A program made the translations under genes and the position numbers. Below are positions 36,824-45,659 of a DNA stretch of 64,000 bases, piece after piece (position 1 is the first letter of the stretch; each line of letters starts with the position of its first letter). The stretch spans positions 70,068 through 134,067 of the forward strand of contig CAZSUU010000006.1 in the NCBI GenBank assembly GCA_964610105.1. Direction: 5' to 3'. The notes under the pieces were generated by a model. It saw only the letters and a list, made by a program, of their open reading frames with translations. It had not been told where the DNA came from and made no database searches. The DNA comes from an uncultured Verrucomicrobiota bacterium (GTDB taxonomy: Bacteria; Verrucomicrobiota; Kiritimatiellia; PWTM01).

Positions 36824-37757
36824 CCGTCCGCTGCTCGACCGACCCGGCCGATCGCGCATGCCGCGGGGCGCGCGCGGCCCCTGGCGCCGCGCCACCGCGC
36901 TCCTGGCCTGCTGCGGCGCCGTGGCCGCCCACGGCGAGGACCTGGAGTTCGATTCGGTCTACGCGCACTACATCCTCCGGAAGCACGGATCGGTGGTGGA
37001 GATGCACCACCGGAGCAGGGAGACCGACTGGCTCGAGTCCGCCGTGGATCTCAACGACCCCGTGCGACAGGTGGTGCCCTATACCCGCCTGCTGTTCGGA
37101 GGCGTCTTTTTCAAGGAACCCGAAAGGGTCTTGATGATCGGCCTGGGGGGCGGAGGTTTCCACCGCCTGTTCAGCGTGGCTTTCACCAATTCGCTGCTTC
37201 AGACGGTCGAGATCGACCGCATGGCCTTGAGGCTCGCCACGGAGCACATGGGCTTCAGGGAGACCCCCCGTAACGTCGTCACCATCGAGGACGGACGGCG
37301 GTTCGTGAAGAAGACCCAGGTGAAGTGGGACTGGGTCATCCTGGATGCCTTCCACGGCGGGGACGTCCCGTTTCATCTCAAGACCCGCGAGTTCTACCGC
37401 GAGATCGCGCGGGTCCTCTCGACCAACGGCGTCATGATCAGCAACCTCCACCGCGGGAGCGAGCTGTTTCACTCCGACGTCAAGACCCTCGTGAATTCCT
37501 TTTCGCAAGCGGTGTTCCTGCAGACACCGGGCCGGGCGAACGTCATCGCCGTTGCCGCGGACTACCGGTCGCCCCTTCTCTCGGACCAGCTCCGCCGCAC
37601 GCGCGAGTCCCGGCTGCCGGCCGGGCTGCGGCGATACGTGAACCTCTCGGACGTCCCGGACACCCTCATGGATCCCCGTCCCGACGCCGAGGAGAAGGGG
37701 CGCGTCCTCACCGACGATTTCGCCCCCACCGAGTACTACAACTCCCGTCCTGAATAA
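36804..37757 (+). CDS. Spermidine-synthase-like (polyamine aminopropyltransferase fold) protein
   Basis: VLMIGLGGGG, VEIDRMALRLATEHMG, DGRRFVKKTQVKWDWVILDAF and TREFYREIARVLSTNGVMISN fit the SpeE fold. It overlaps the upstream membrane ORF by 20 nt in another frame. Confidence 0.65.
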   Translation: MNRGPTDRPLLDRPGRSRMPRGARGPWRRATALLACCGAVAAHGEDLEFDSVYAHYILRKHGSVVEMHHRSRETDWLESAVDLNDPVRQVVPYTRLLFGGVFFKEPERVLMIGLGGGGFHRLFSVAFTNSLLQTVEIDRMALRLATEHMGFRETPRNVVTIEDGRRFVKKTQVKWDWVILDAFHGGDVPFHLKTREFYREIARVLSTNGVMISNLHRGSELFHSDVKTLVNSFSQAVFLQTPGRANVIAVAADYRSPLLSDQLRRTRESRLPAGLRRYVNLSDVPDTLMDPRPDAEEKGRVLTDDFAPTEYYNSRPE

Positions 37758-37768
37758 CGCGCCTCTGC

Positions 37769-37782
37769 TTGACGCCCGTCAA
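37769..37782 (+). promoter_or_regulatory. Perfect palindrome TTGACgcccGTCAA upstream of the ferredoxin-like gene (class II position)
   Basis: The centre lies about 30 bp before the TAGATT -10-like hexamer (37805-37810). The ATG is at 37837. Confidence 0.5.
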
Positions 37783-37836
37783 GGCGCCCGGGGCGGGGCA
37801 CGGCTAGATTCGCTTCATCGAACCGGGGACGGATTC

Positions 37837-38640
37837 ATGAAGCGCAAGATCATCGAGATCGACGAGAACCTCTGCAACGGCTGCGGCGAGTGCATCCGCG
37901 CCTGTGCCGAGGGCGCGCTGCAGCTGGTGAACGGCAAGGCGAAGCTGGTGAAGGAGCAGTTCTGCGACGGCTTCGGCGACTGCCTGGGCGAGTGCCCCAC
38001 CGGCGCGCTGAAGATCGTCGAACGCGAGGTGCCCGACTACGATCGGGCGGCTACGCGCCAGCACGTCGCGCAGAACGGTGGTGCGGAGGCGGTGCGCAAG
38101 TTCGACGCGGCCGCCGCGCGGCACGAAGCCCCTGCCGTGAGAACCATGGAGATCGCCCCGGCCGGGGGCGGCTGTCCGGGGATGCGCATGCGGATGGCCG
38201 AAGAGGAGCCGGTCCGTGCGGCGGCGCCGGTTCCAACGTCCGGAAGCGGACTCCCCCCGCAGGTCCAACCTTCGGAACTCCGCCAGTGGCCGATCCAGAT
38301 CCATCTCGTCTCGCCCGGCGCCCGGTACTTTCACAACAAGGAACTGGTCGTGATGAACACGTGCGGCGCCCTCGCGTCGGCCGACGTGCATTGGCGGTTC
38401 CTGCGCGGGCGTTCGGTCGTGGTCGGCTGCCCGAAGCTCGACCGCACGGAAGGCTACGGGGAGAAGCTCGCCGCCATCCTCCGTGAACCGTCGATCCCGA
38501 AGGTCGTCGTCGTGCGCATGGAAGTGCCCTGTTGCGGCGGCCTGACGCGCATCGTCATGCAGGCCGTGCAGGCGAGCGGACGAACCGACCTGCCGTTCGA
38601 GGAGGTCACCATCGGCCTCAACGGGGACATCCTGGACTGA
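37837..38640 (+). CDS. Ferredoxin-like two-[4Fe-4S]-motif protein with a C-terminal domain of unknown function (frdX-like)
   Basis: Two cluster motifs are present: CNGCGECIRAC and CDGFGDCLGECP. The conserved C-terminal region carries VPCCGG. Confidence 0.75.
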   Translation: MKRKIIEIDENLCNGCGECIRACAEGALQLVNGKAKLVKEQFCDGFGDCLGECPTGALKIVEREVPDYDRAATRQHVAQNGGAEAVRKFDAAAARHEAPAVRTMEIAPAGGGCPGMRMRMAEEEPVRAAAPVPTSGSGLPPQVQPSELRQWPIQIHLVSPGARYFHNKELVVMNTCGALASADVHWRFLRGRSVVVGCPKLDRTEGYGEKLAAILREPSIPKVVVVRMEVPCCGGLTRIVMQAVQASGRTDLPFEEVTIGLNGDILD

Positions 38641-38712
38641 GTCTGCCATCACTCTCGCATCGGATCTGCCACAGGCTTGCCGCCGGCTGCATGTCCGCGT
38701 AGCCTTGCGCGC

Positions 38713-40023
38713 ATGAAGACGATTCCTGCCATCGGTTCCCTGATCGCGGCCCTGCTGGCCGTGTCCGCGGGGCACGCGGCGCCGCCGGAGGTCAACTACG
38801 ACGAGTCCAAGGTGCCGGCCTACACCCTGCCTGAGCTCCTGAAGCTGAACGACGGCGCGCCGGTGACGACGCCCGCGCAGTGGCGCGAGAAGCGTCGGCC
38901 CGAGATCCTCGAATTGTACCGTGCGCACGTCTTCGGACGCAGCCCCGGCCGGCCGGCCGGCATGAAGTTCGAAACCGTGTCGGTGGTGACGAACGCCCTC
39001 GGCGGGGCCGCCACGCGCAAGGAGGTGACGATCTGGCTGACGGGCAGGAGTGACGGCCCGTACCTGGACCTTCTGCTCTACCTTCCCAACGGCCTGTCCA
39101 CACCGGCGCCCGCGTTTCTCGGATTGAACTTCAAGGGCAACCATGCCGTCGCCTCCGAACGCGACGTGCGCCTGTGCCGGAGCTGGATGCGCAGGGATCC
39201 GAAGACCGGCATCACGAACAACGCCGCCACCGAGGCATCGCGCGGGACGGAGCTGGGACGCTGGCCGATCGGGAAGATCATCGCACGCGGCTACGCGGTC
39301 GCGACGGCCTGTTACAACGACCTGGAACCGGATGACGCCCAGGGCTGGAAGATCGCCGGTGTCCGCAAGGCGCTCTCGCCGGAGGGGGCGGAGACGGTGT
39401 TCAAGCCCGATGACTGGGGGGCGATCGGCGCGTGGGCCTGGGGCCTGAGCCGCGCGCTCGACTACCTGGAGACGGATGCCGGCGTCGACGCGAAGCGCGT
39501 CGCGGTCCTCGGTCACTCGCGCCTCGGGAAGACCTCGCTCTGGGCCGGCGCGCAGGACGAGCGGTTCGCCATCGTGATCTCCAACGATTCCGGCGAGGGC
39601 GGGGCGGCGATCACCCGGAGGCGGTTCGGCGAGAAGATCTCCGATCTGAACCGGAACTTCCCCCACTGGTTCTGCGGGGCGTTCAAGCAATACGACAACC
39701 GCGAGGACGCCCTGCCGGTCGATGCCCACATGCTCATCGCCCTGGCGGCGCCGCGCCCCGCCTACGTGGCGAGCGCGACGGAGGACCAGTGGGCGGATCC
39801 GAAGGGCGAGTTCCTCGCGGCGAAAGGCGCCGGGCCGATCTACCGCCTCTTCGGCCTCGCCGGACTCGGCGTGGAGGAACAGCCGGCGCCCGACACGCCC
39901 GTCGGCGATGCCGTCGGCTACCATCTCCGCACCGGCAGGCACGATCTCGCCGAGTACGACTGGGAGCGATACATGGACTTCGCCGACCGGCACTGGAAGA
40001 CCGGTTCCCGCTCTGCAAAATGA
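38713..40023 (+). CDS. Secreted alpha/beta-hydrolase, glucuronoyl-esterase (CE15)-like
   Basis: The signal peptide is MKTIPAIGSLIAALLAVSAGHA. The nucleophile motif VLGHSRLGKTSLWAG resembles the CE15 G-x-S-R-x-G signature. Confidence 0.65.
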   Translation: MKTIPAIGSLIAALLAVSAGHAAPPEVNYDESKVPAYTLPELLKLNDGAPVTTPAQWREKRRPEILELYRAHVFGRSPGRPAGMKFETVSVVTNALGGAATRKEVTIWLTGRSDGPYLDLLLYLPNGLSTPAPAFLGLNFKGNHAVASERDVRLCRSWMRRDPKTGITNNAATEASRGTELGRWPIGKIIARGYAVATACYNDLEPDDAQGWKIAGVRKALSPEGAETVFKPDDWGAIGAWAWGLSRALDYLETDAGVDAKRVAVLGHSRLGKTSLWAGAQDERFAIVISNDSGEGGAAITRRRFGEKISDLNRNFPHWFCGAFKQYDNREDALPVDAHMLIALAAPRPAYVASATEDQWADPKGEFLAAKGAGPIYRLFGLAGLGVEEQPAPDTPVGDAVGYHLRTGRHDLAEYDWERYMDFADRHWKTGSRSAK

Positions 40024-42200
40024 TCCGGTCGGTCCGAAGCGGCGCGTGGGCGGGATGGCTGGCACTGCTCGCCGTGTGGACGGGGGCGGCCATCCGGACC
40101 GTCAGCTACGTCGACAGCGGCGATCCGCGCGTCTACATCGTCCTCGGCCGGAACCTGCTCCTTTCTCCTCTCGGGTCGCCCGAGTGGCTGGCCGCGCTGC
40201 GCGAGGTCGCTCCGGGGTATCCGTTGATCCTCGCCGGCGCCATCCGGTGTTTCGGCGAGTTCGCGCCCTACTGGGTCAACTTCGTTCTCGGGTGCCTGTG
40301 GGGACTCGTCCTTCACGGCATCTTTCGGCGCCTGGCCGGCCCGCGGTGGGCGGCGGTCACCGCCCTGGCGGGGACCTGCGCGGTCCTGTTCCTCGGCCAC
40401 GCGCTTCATTGGACCTACCTGTTGCGCCCCTTCCGCGAGCTGGCCGCCTTCCTCTTCATGAGCCTGGGACTCGGGTTGTTCCTCGCGGGCTGGCAGGACC
40501 GTCGGGACCGGTGGCTTCCTCTTGCGGGATTGTGCTTCGCGCTGGGCGGCGTCGTGCGCGAGGCGACGCTGCTCGTGACGCTGGGCCCTCTCGCGGCGAT
40601 CCTCGCCGCTCGCGAGCGTTCCTGGAGGACGCGAGGCCGATCGGCACTTCTTCTGCTATCCCCCATCCTGGTTCTGGCCGCCGCGGCCGTCGCGCTGTCG
40701 TTCTCCGGCGCCCCGGGAGGGATCAAACAGGCGGGGAGCTGGTGCGATATCGTGTTTGGCGGAGGTCGCGCGGAGCTGGGACGGCGGTGGTGCGTCAACC
40801 TCGGCCGCTACGCCGCCCTGGCGTGGAGCGTGATGGGGTGGGGCGGACTGTTGCTGATCGCCGCGGGCGTGTGGCGGTCGCGGCGCCAGCCGGCGGTCGC
40901 GTGGGCGTTCCTCCTTCCCGCCGCCCTGCTGCTCGTCGGGTACTCGACGTTCATCGTCGACGGACGCTATTTCCTCTCCATCCTCGTCCTGCTTGTTCCT
41001 CTGGCGGGTCTCGGGGTGTGGCAGGCGACGGAATGGATCGCCGCGGCCGTGCGCCGGAAATGGGCGCGCTGCCCGGAGGCGGCCCCCGGCGCGATCGCCA
41101 CGGGTGGTCTCTGCCTGGCCCTGCTCGCGGGGGTCGGCCGGCTGCCCGCCGGCTCCTTCTCGCGCGCGGATGCCACGGGGTTTCGCGATGCGCTGCACCG
41201 CGCCGTCCGTCCGGCGGACCTGATGCTCTACGACATCGACTGCCGCGAGGCCTTTGCGGCCGTGACGTGCTACACCCATGTGCGCGGAGGCTGGCTGTAC
41301 GACCCGGCCGTGACCTCCTCCTCCGGCCGCCGTGTGTTCTACCTCGAGCCCCTGAACAAGGAATGTCGCACGACGGCCAACGTGGCGGCGGACGGCATGC
41401 GCATGGGCGAGGTGCTGCGCGCGGGCGGGGCGCTGGTGCCGGTCGCGCCGGAGGTGCCGCTCGGCCCGCAGCGCTTCGCCCTCCGGCGGCTCGCCGCGTA
41501 TGCCACGAACGCCGTCGCCCGCCCGTTGGATCCGCCCGTCGCCTGGCCCGCCGTCCTGTGGATTGACCTGCGCCATACGCCCGACGGGCAGACGACGCGG
41601 TGCCGGATCGAGTCGACCGTCGGCGGGACATCGCTCGAAGGACCGCCGCTGCGCGGCGGCGGCTGGAAGGGCTGGTACGTGCCGCACTGGCCGGCCGGGG
41701 CGGCCGGGGCGCGGCTGGTTCTCGAGAGCGACGCGGTGCTGCCGAGCGAAGGCGGAACCGTCGTCCGCGGCGCCGGCGAACCTGCCGTATTCGATATGGC
41801 CAATGAGCGGCGCTACTCCACCATGGCCTGGTTCCCGCCGCCTTGCCTGGCGATCGCCGACAGCGAGAAGCACGGAATACTGATCGACCGTCGGGGCGGG
41901 ATCGAGATCCCGATCCCTGCCGGGACTCCGCCGGGCACGGTGATGCACCTGGCGCTCACGCTGGCGACCGTGCAGCGGGGCCCGGGCCGCGCGCAGGCGG
42001 TGCTGGCATCGGCATCCGGCTTCTCCGCCGCCGAGGAGATCCTGCTCAACCGGCCCCAACAGACGGCGCGCTGGCAGGTGCCGGTCCCGCCGGACGTCGA
42101 GCGGGCGCGCTTCGACGTGGAATTACGCGGCATGAACGGCTCGCGCGTCCCCCCCATGCGCGTGGAGCGCATCGCCCTCGGACCGTTCCGCGCGCCGTGA
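40020..42200 (+). CDS. Large polytopic membrane protein (about 10 TM helices plus a C-terminal soluble domain), possibly a PMT/ArnT-like glycosyltransferase
   Basis: Its ATG overlaps the esterase stop (ATGA). The N-terminal 400 aa are strongly hydrophobic with periodic helices. The track ORF 39432..42200 is an upstream extension that overlaps the esterase gene. Confidence 0.55.
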   Translation: MIRSVRSGAWAGWLALLAVWTGAAIRTVSYVDSGDPRVYIVLGRNLLLSPLGSPEWLAALREVAPGYPLILAGAIRCFGEFAPYWVNFVLGCLWGLVLHGIFRRLAGPRWAAVTALAGTCAVLFLGHALHWTYLLRPFRELAAFLFMSLGLGLFLAGWQDRRDRWLPLAGLCFALGGVVREATLLVTLGPLAAILAARERSWRTRGRSALLLLSPILVLAAAAVALSFSGAPGGIKQAGSWCDIVFGGGRAELGRRWCVNLGRYAALAWSVMGWGGLLLIAAGVWRSRRQPAVAWAFLLPAALLLVGYSTFIVDGRYFLSILVLLVPLAGLGVWQATEWIAAAVRRKWARCPEAAPGAIATGGLCLALLAGVGRLPAGSFSRADATGFRDALHRAVRPADLMLYDIDCREAFAAVTCYTHVRGGWLYDPAVTSSSGRRVFYLEPLNKECRTTANVAADGMRMGEVLRAGGALVPVAPEVPLGPQRFALRRLAAYATNAVARPLDPPVAWPAVLWIDLRHTPDGQTTRCRIESTVGGTSLEGPPLRGGGWKGWYVPHWPAGAAGARLVLESDAVLPSEGGTVVRGAGEPAVFDMANERRYSTMAWFPPPCLAIADSEKHGILIDRRGGIEIPIPAGTPPGTVMHLALTLATVQRGPGRAQAVLASASGFSAAEEILLNRPQQTARWQVPVPPDVERARFDVELRGMNGSRVPPMRVERIALGPFRAP

Positions 42201-42230
42201 ATCCGCCGGCGCGCGGCGCATGCGCGAGGA

Positions 42231-43112
42231 TCAGAACGCGCAGATGACCTTCAGCCAGAAACGATCCCCTTCGGGGCGGCTCTCGGTCTCGAATTCCCGC
42301 TGGTACTTGGCCGTGATGTTGACCTTGTTCCACTGGTAGCTCACCGCCGGGCCGAGCGCGAGCTGGCTGCCCTCGTCGCTGATCGCCGCGCCGTCGGGAG
42401 CGTCATCGTCCGTCACCTGCTGGTACACGAACCCATTCACGCCGAGCTTCCATTTGCCGAGGGCCATGCCGGCCAGGAAATCCGCGTGGAATTCGTCGCC
42501 GGAGTCGTAGCTCGTGTCGTCGTTCTCGAGGTTGATGTCGTACATCAGTTTGGCCGAGAGCTCGACGCCCTTCTCGTTGAGATAGGTCAGGGCGAACGCG
42601 GGTTCGAACGTCCAGTAGTTGCGCCCGACATTCGCGAGGTCGTTCTCGTCGTAGGCGCCGACGGGGACGTAGACATCGACACCGGCCGCGCAGTGAAACG
42701 GCGGCTTGTGCCAGGCCAGGATGAACGGATCGACGATCAGATCGCCCAGCCCGAATTGGCTGTCGGAGCCGCCGGGCGTGGTCACGTCGACATTGAGCAG
42801 CGGCACGAAAATGTGCTGCGCCCAGGAGCCGCCGGCGATCTCGATGGGCGTCACGTGAATGTAGCGGAAAACGGCGCCGGCGACCTCGAGGTCGAAGTTG
42901 ATCGGCACGTCGTTCCCACGGCCGTCCTTGAGGTCGTCCGCCGTGTAGTACAGGCCGTACGTGATGAGATAATCCCCGGGCGGCGGCACCGCGCCGGTCA
43001 TGAAGTCCTCGGCCCCGTTCGGATACGCTCCGCCTCCGCCTTCCGTGGCCCACGCGCCCGTCGCGACGACGATTCCCGCAACTCCCACCCCGATCCACCT
43101 CGTCACCTTCAT
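42231..43112 (-). CDS. Outer-membrane beta-barrel protein (MetA-pathway/phenol-degradation-like OMP family)
   Basis: The signal peptide is MKVTRWIGVGVAGIVVATGAWA. Alternating beta-strand patterns run through the sequence. The C-terminus ends in aromatic ...FWLKVICAF. A GGGAGGAA ribosome-binding site is present. Confidence 0.7.
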   Translation of the reverse strand: MKVTRWIGVGVAGIVVATGAWATEGGGGAYPNGAEDFMTGAVPPPGDYLITYGLYYTADDLKDGRGNDVPINFDLEVAGAVFRYIHVTPIEIAGGSWAQHIFVPLLNVDVTTPGGSDSQFGLGDLIVDPFILAWHKPPFHCAAGVDVYVPVGAYDENDLANVGRNYWTFEPAFALTYLNEKGVELSAKLMYDINLENDDTSYDSGDEFHADFLAGMALGKWKLGVNGFVYQQVTDDDAPDGAAISDEGSQLALGPAVSYQWNKVNITAKYQREFETESRPEGDRFWLKVICAF

Positions 43113-43293
43113 ACGTTCCTCCCTCGGAACCTCCCCGCGATTGGCGCGGGCTGTGCGGTCCCTGCGATCCAGATCATAGCGGCCTCCCGCCTCCACACAA
43201 GCGCGAATCGCGAAGGCGCACGGACACGAACCAGACCGCAGCGCCCATGTCCAGTCAGCAGAGAACCGCGGCCTCCGGCCTCAAAATCCAAAG

Positions 43294-43305
43294 TGACGAT
43301 CGTCA
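43294..43305 (+). promoter_or_regulatory. Perfect 12-bp palindrome TGACGATCGTCA in the divergent intergenic region
   Basis: It is exactly self-complementary. It lies 155 bp upstream of the beta-helix gene at 43458. Confidence 0.2.
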
Positions 43306-43457
43306 TTTCAGATTCACTATCTCGTGAGAAAGGCGGCCTGCCATCCGGTGTCTCTGGGTCTCAGCATTCGGCGGGAATATCCGGGGCGGCGCGGCGCAAT
43401 CGAACGGCCTCGAAACCCGACATCGACACCCGATGCGGGCCGCGATAAAAGGGAGAC

Positions 43458-45539
43458 ATGAGAATCGTGTCCGCCTTCCTGACCCTCTCCTGGGCGATCG
43501 CCGCCGGAGGGGCCGTTCTCGAGTACCATGTCGCCACCCACGGCAACAATGCGTGGTCAGGCACGCGGGCCGCGCCGGATGCCGGGGGCACCGACGGTCC
43601 GTTCGCGACGCTCGACCGGGCGCGGGATGCGGTGCGCGCGGGTGGACGGGCGGCCGGCGGAGGCGGGGCCACGGTCTGGGTGCACGGGGGCTGTTACCAC
43701 CTCGACGCGGCCGTCACATTCGCCGGCGGGGACTCCGGCGCCGCATCGGCTCCGATCGTCTACCGCGCCGCGCCCGAGGGAGAGGTGCGCCTCGCCGGCG
43801 GCCGCGAGGTCACAGGCTGGCAGGCCGTGACGGATTCGGGCGTGCTCGCGCGGCTGCCGGTCGAGGCGCGGGAGCGCGTCCGGGTCGCCGACCTCCGGTC
43901 GCAGGGCATCGCGGACTTCGGCCGGCTGGCCGTGCGGGGATTCGGAAAGGGCGGCGGACCGGCGGAGGCGGAGCTGTTCTTCGATGACGCCCCCATGACG
44001 CTCGCCCGCTGGCCGGATGAGGGCTTCCGCGGCATCGAAGCGGTGAACGGGCTGGAAGTGGTGACCGACACCGACCGGGTGGCGCGATGGGCGGGCGAGC
44101 GCGATCCGTGGGTCTTCGCCTACTGGCACCATGACTGGGCCGAGTTGTACGAGCCGCTCGCGGGGATCTCAACGGCGAACCACGCGCTCGTGCGGACGAA
44201 GGACATCAAGCCGACCTACGGCCTCACCGCCGGCCGCGCGCGCTGGTACGGTTTCAATCTCCTCGCCGAGCTCGATCAGCCCGGTGAGTACTACCTCGAT
44301 CGCACCGAGGGCCGCCTGTTCTTCTGGCCGCCGCGGGCGCAGGGCCGGGCGGTGCTCTCGATGGCCGAGGGACTGATTCGCGCGGAGGGCGTGTCGAACG
44401 TGACGTTCCGCGGATTCACTCTCGAGAACTGCCGCGGCACCGCCGTCGTGATCAAGGGCGGCACCGCCTGCAGCGTGGTCGACTGCACGATCCGCAATAC
44501 CGGCGGCCAGGGCGTCAGCGTGCAGGGGGGCGCGCGGCACGAGGTATTCGGGTGCGACGTCTTCTTCACCGGAGAGGGCGGGATCTCCATGAGCGGGGGC
44601 GAGCGCGCGACGCTCGCGCCGGCGGGACACAACGCCGAGAACAACCACGTGCACCATTACGCGCGCCGGGCGCGGACCTACCGCTGCGGCATCGCGGTGA
44701 GCGGTGTGGGCAACCGCATCGCGCACAACCTCGTGCACGACGGTCCGCACATGGCGCTCTCGGCCGGCGGCAACGACCACGTGGTCGAGTACAACGAGAT
44801 CCACAACGTGGTCGAGGAGAGCGGCGACGCCGGCGCGTACTACGTCGGGCGCGACTGGACCCAGCGGGGCAATGTCCTTCGCTTCAACTACTGGCATCAG
44901 ATTGCCGGCTCCACCGGTTATGGCGGGATGACGATCTACCTGGACGACCAGCACGGCGGCCACACCATCCAAGGCAACGTCTTCGAGCGTTGCTCGCAGG
45001 CGGTGTTCATAGGCGGCGGCGACGACAACGCGGTCACGAATAACGTCTTCCTCGATTGCCGCAAGGCGGCGCATCTCGACAACCGCGGCATGGGCTGGCA
45101 GAAGCAGGCCACCGACGATCCCAATGGCGAGCTCCGCTCCCGGCTCCGGGCCATGCCGTACACCAACGAGCTGTGGCGGACGCGCTATCCCGCGCTGGCC
45201 GGCATCCTCGACGACGAGCCCAACGTGCCCAAGCGCAACATCTTTGCAGGCAACATCAGCGCCGGCGGCACGTGGGACGACATCGAGCCGTCCATCCGAG
45301 CCCACCAGACCGTCACCAACAACCTCGTGTTCGACAACGAACCCGGCTGGGTGCGGCTCGTGAAGGGTGAAGACGGCCGGCCGCGGCGGCTCGAGTTCAA
45401 GGACCCGGCCGCGGTGACGTCGATGGGATTCGTGCCGATTCCGCTTGAGGAGATGGGCGTGTACGCCGACGAGCGCCGGGCGAGCTGGCCCGTCCGACAC
45501 GAAGTGCGGCCCGTGAACCTGACGGGGAGCGCCAAGTGA
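43458..45539 (+). CDS. Secreted right-handed parallel beta-helix repeat protein (pectin-lyase fold), paralog A
   Basis: The signal peptide is MRIVSAFLTLSWAIAAGGA. The N-terminal motif is NNAWSGTRAAPDAGGTDGPFATLDRARDAVRA. Beta-helix repeats include TIRNTGGQGVSVQGG. Confidence 0.75.
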   Translation: MRIVSAFLTLSWAIAAGGAVLEYHVATHGNNAWSGTRAAPDAGGTDGPFATLDRARDAVRAGGRAAGGGGATVWVHGGCYHLDAAVTFAGGDSGAASAPIVYRAAPEGEVRLAGGREVTGWQAVTDSGVLARLPVEARERVRVADLRSQGIADFGRLAVRGFGKGGGPAEAELFFDDAPMTLARWPDEGFRGIEAVNGLEVVTDTDRVARWAGERDPWVFAYWHHDWAELYEPLAGISTANHALVRTKDIKPTYGLTAGRARWYGFNLLAELDQPGEYYLDRTEGRLFFWPPRAQGRAVLSMAEGLIRAEGVSNVTFRGFTLENCRGTAVVIKGGTACSVVDCTIRNTGGQGVSVQGGARHEVFGCDVFFTGEGGISMSGGERATLAPAGHNAENNHVHHYARRARTYRCGIAVSGVGNRIAHNLVHDGPHMALSAGGNDHVVEYNEIHNVVEESGDAGAYYVGRDWTQRGNVLRFNYWHQIAGSTGYGGMTIYLDDQHGGHTIQGNVFERCSQAVFIGGGDDNAVTNNVFLDCRKAAHLDNRGMGWQKQATDDPNGELRSRLRAMPYTNELWRTRYPALAGILDDEPNVPKRNIFAGNISAGGTWDDIEPSIRAHQTVTNNLVFDNEPGWVRLVKGEDGRPRRLEFKDPAAVTSMGFVPIPLEEMGVYADERRASWPVRHEVRPVNLTGSAK

Positions 45540-45659
45540 AATGCGATGTGCGGCGCCGCCAGATCGTGCGGCCGTGTGGGTGGGGCGAGGTCTCCGACCG
45601 CGCCGCAGAGGCCGTCGGCGCGGGTGGCGGAGCCGGCGCCCGGGAAAGAGGCTGATAGG

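Noticed and set aside
39432-40019. N-terminal extension of the membrane-protein ORF (track 39432..42200) overlapping the CE15-like esterase gene
   Set aside because: The extension is Arg/Gly-rich junk in an alternative frame of the esterase gene. A clean ATG at 40020 overlaps the esterase stop and precedes the first TM helix.
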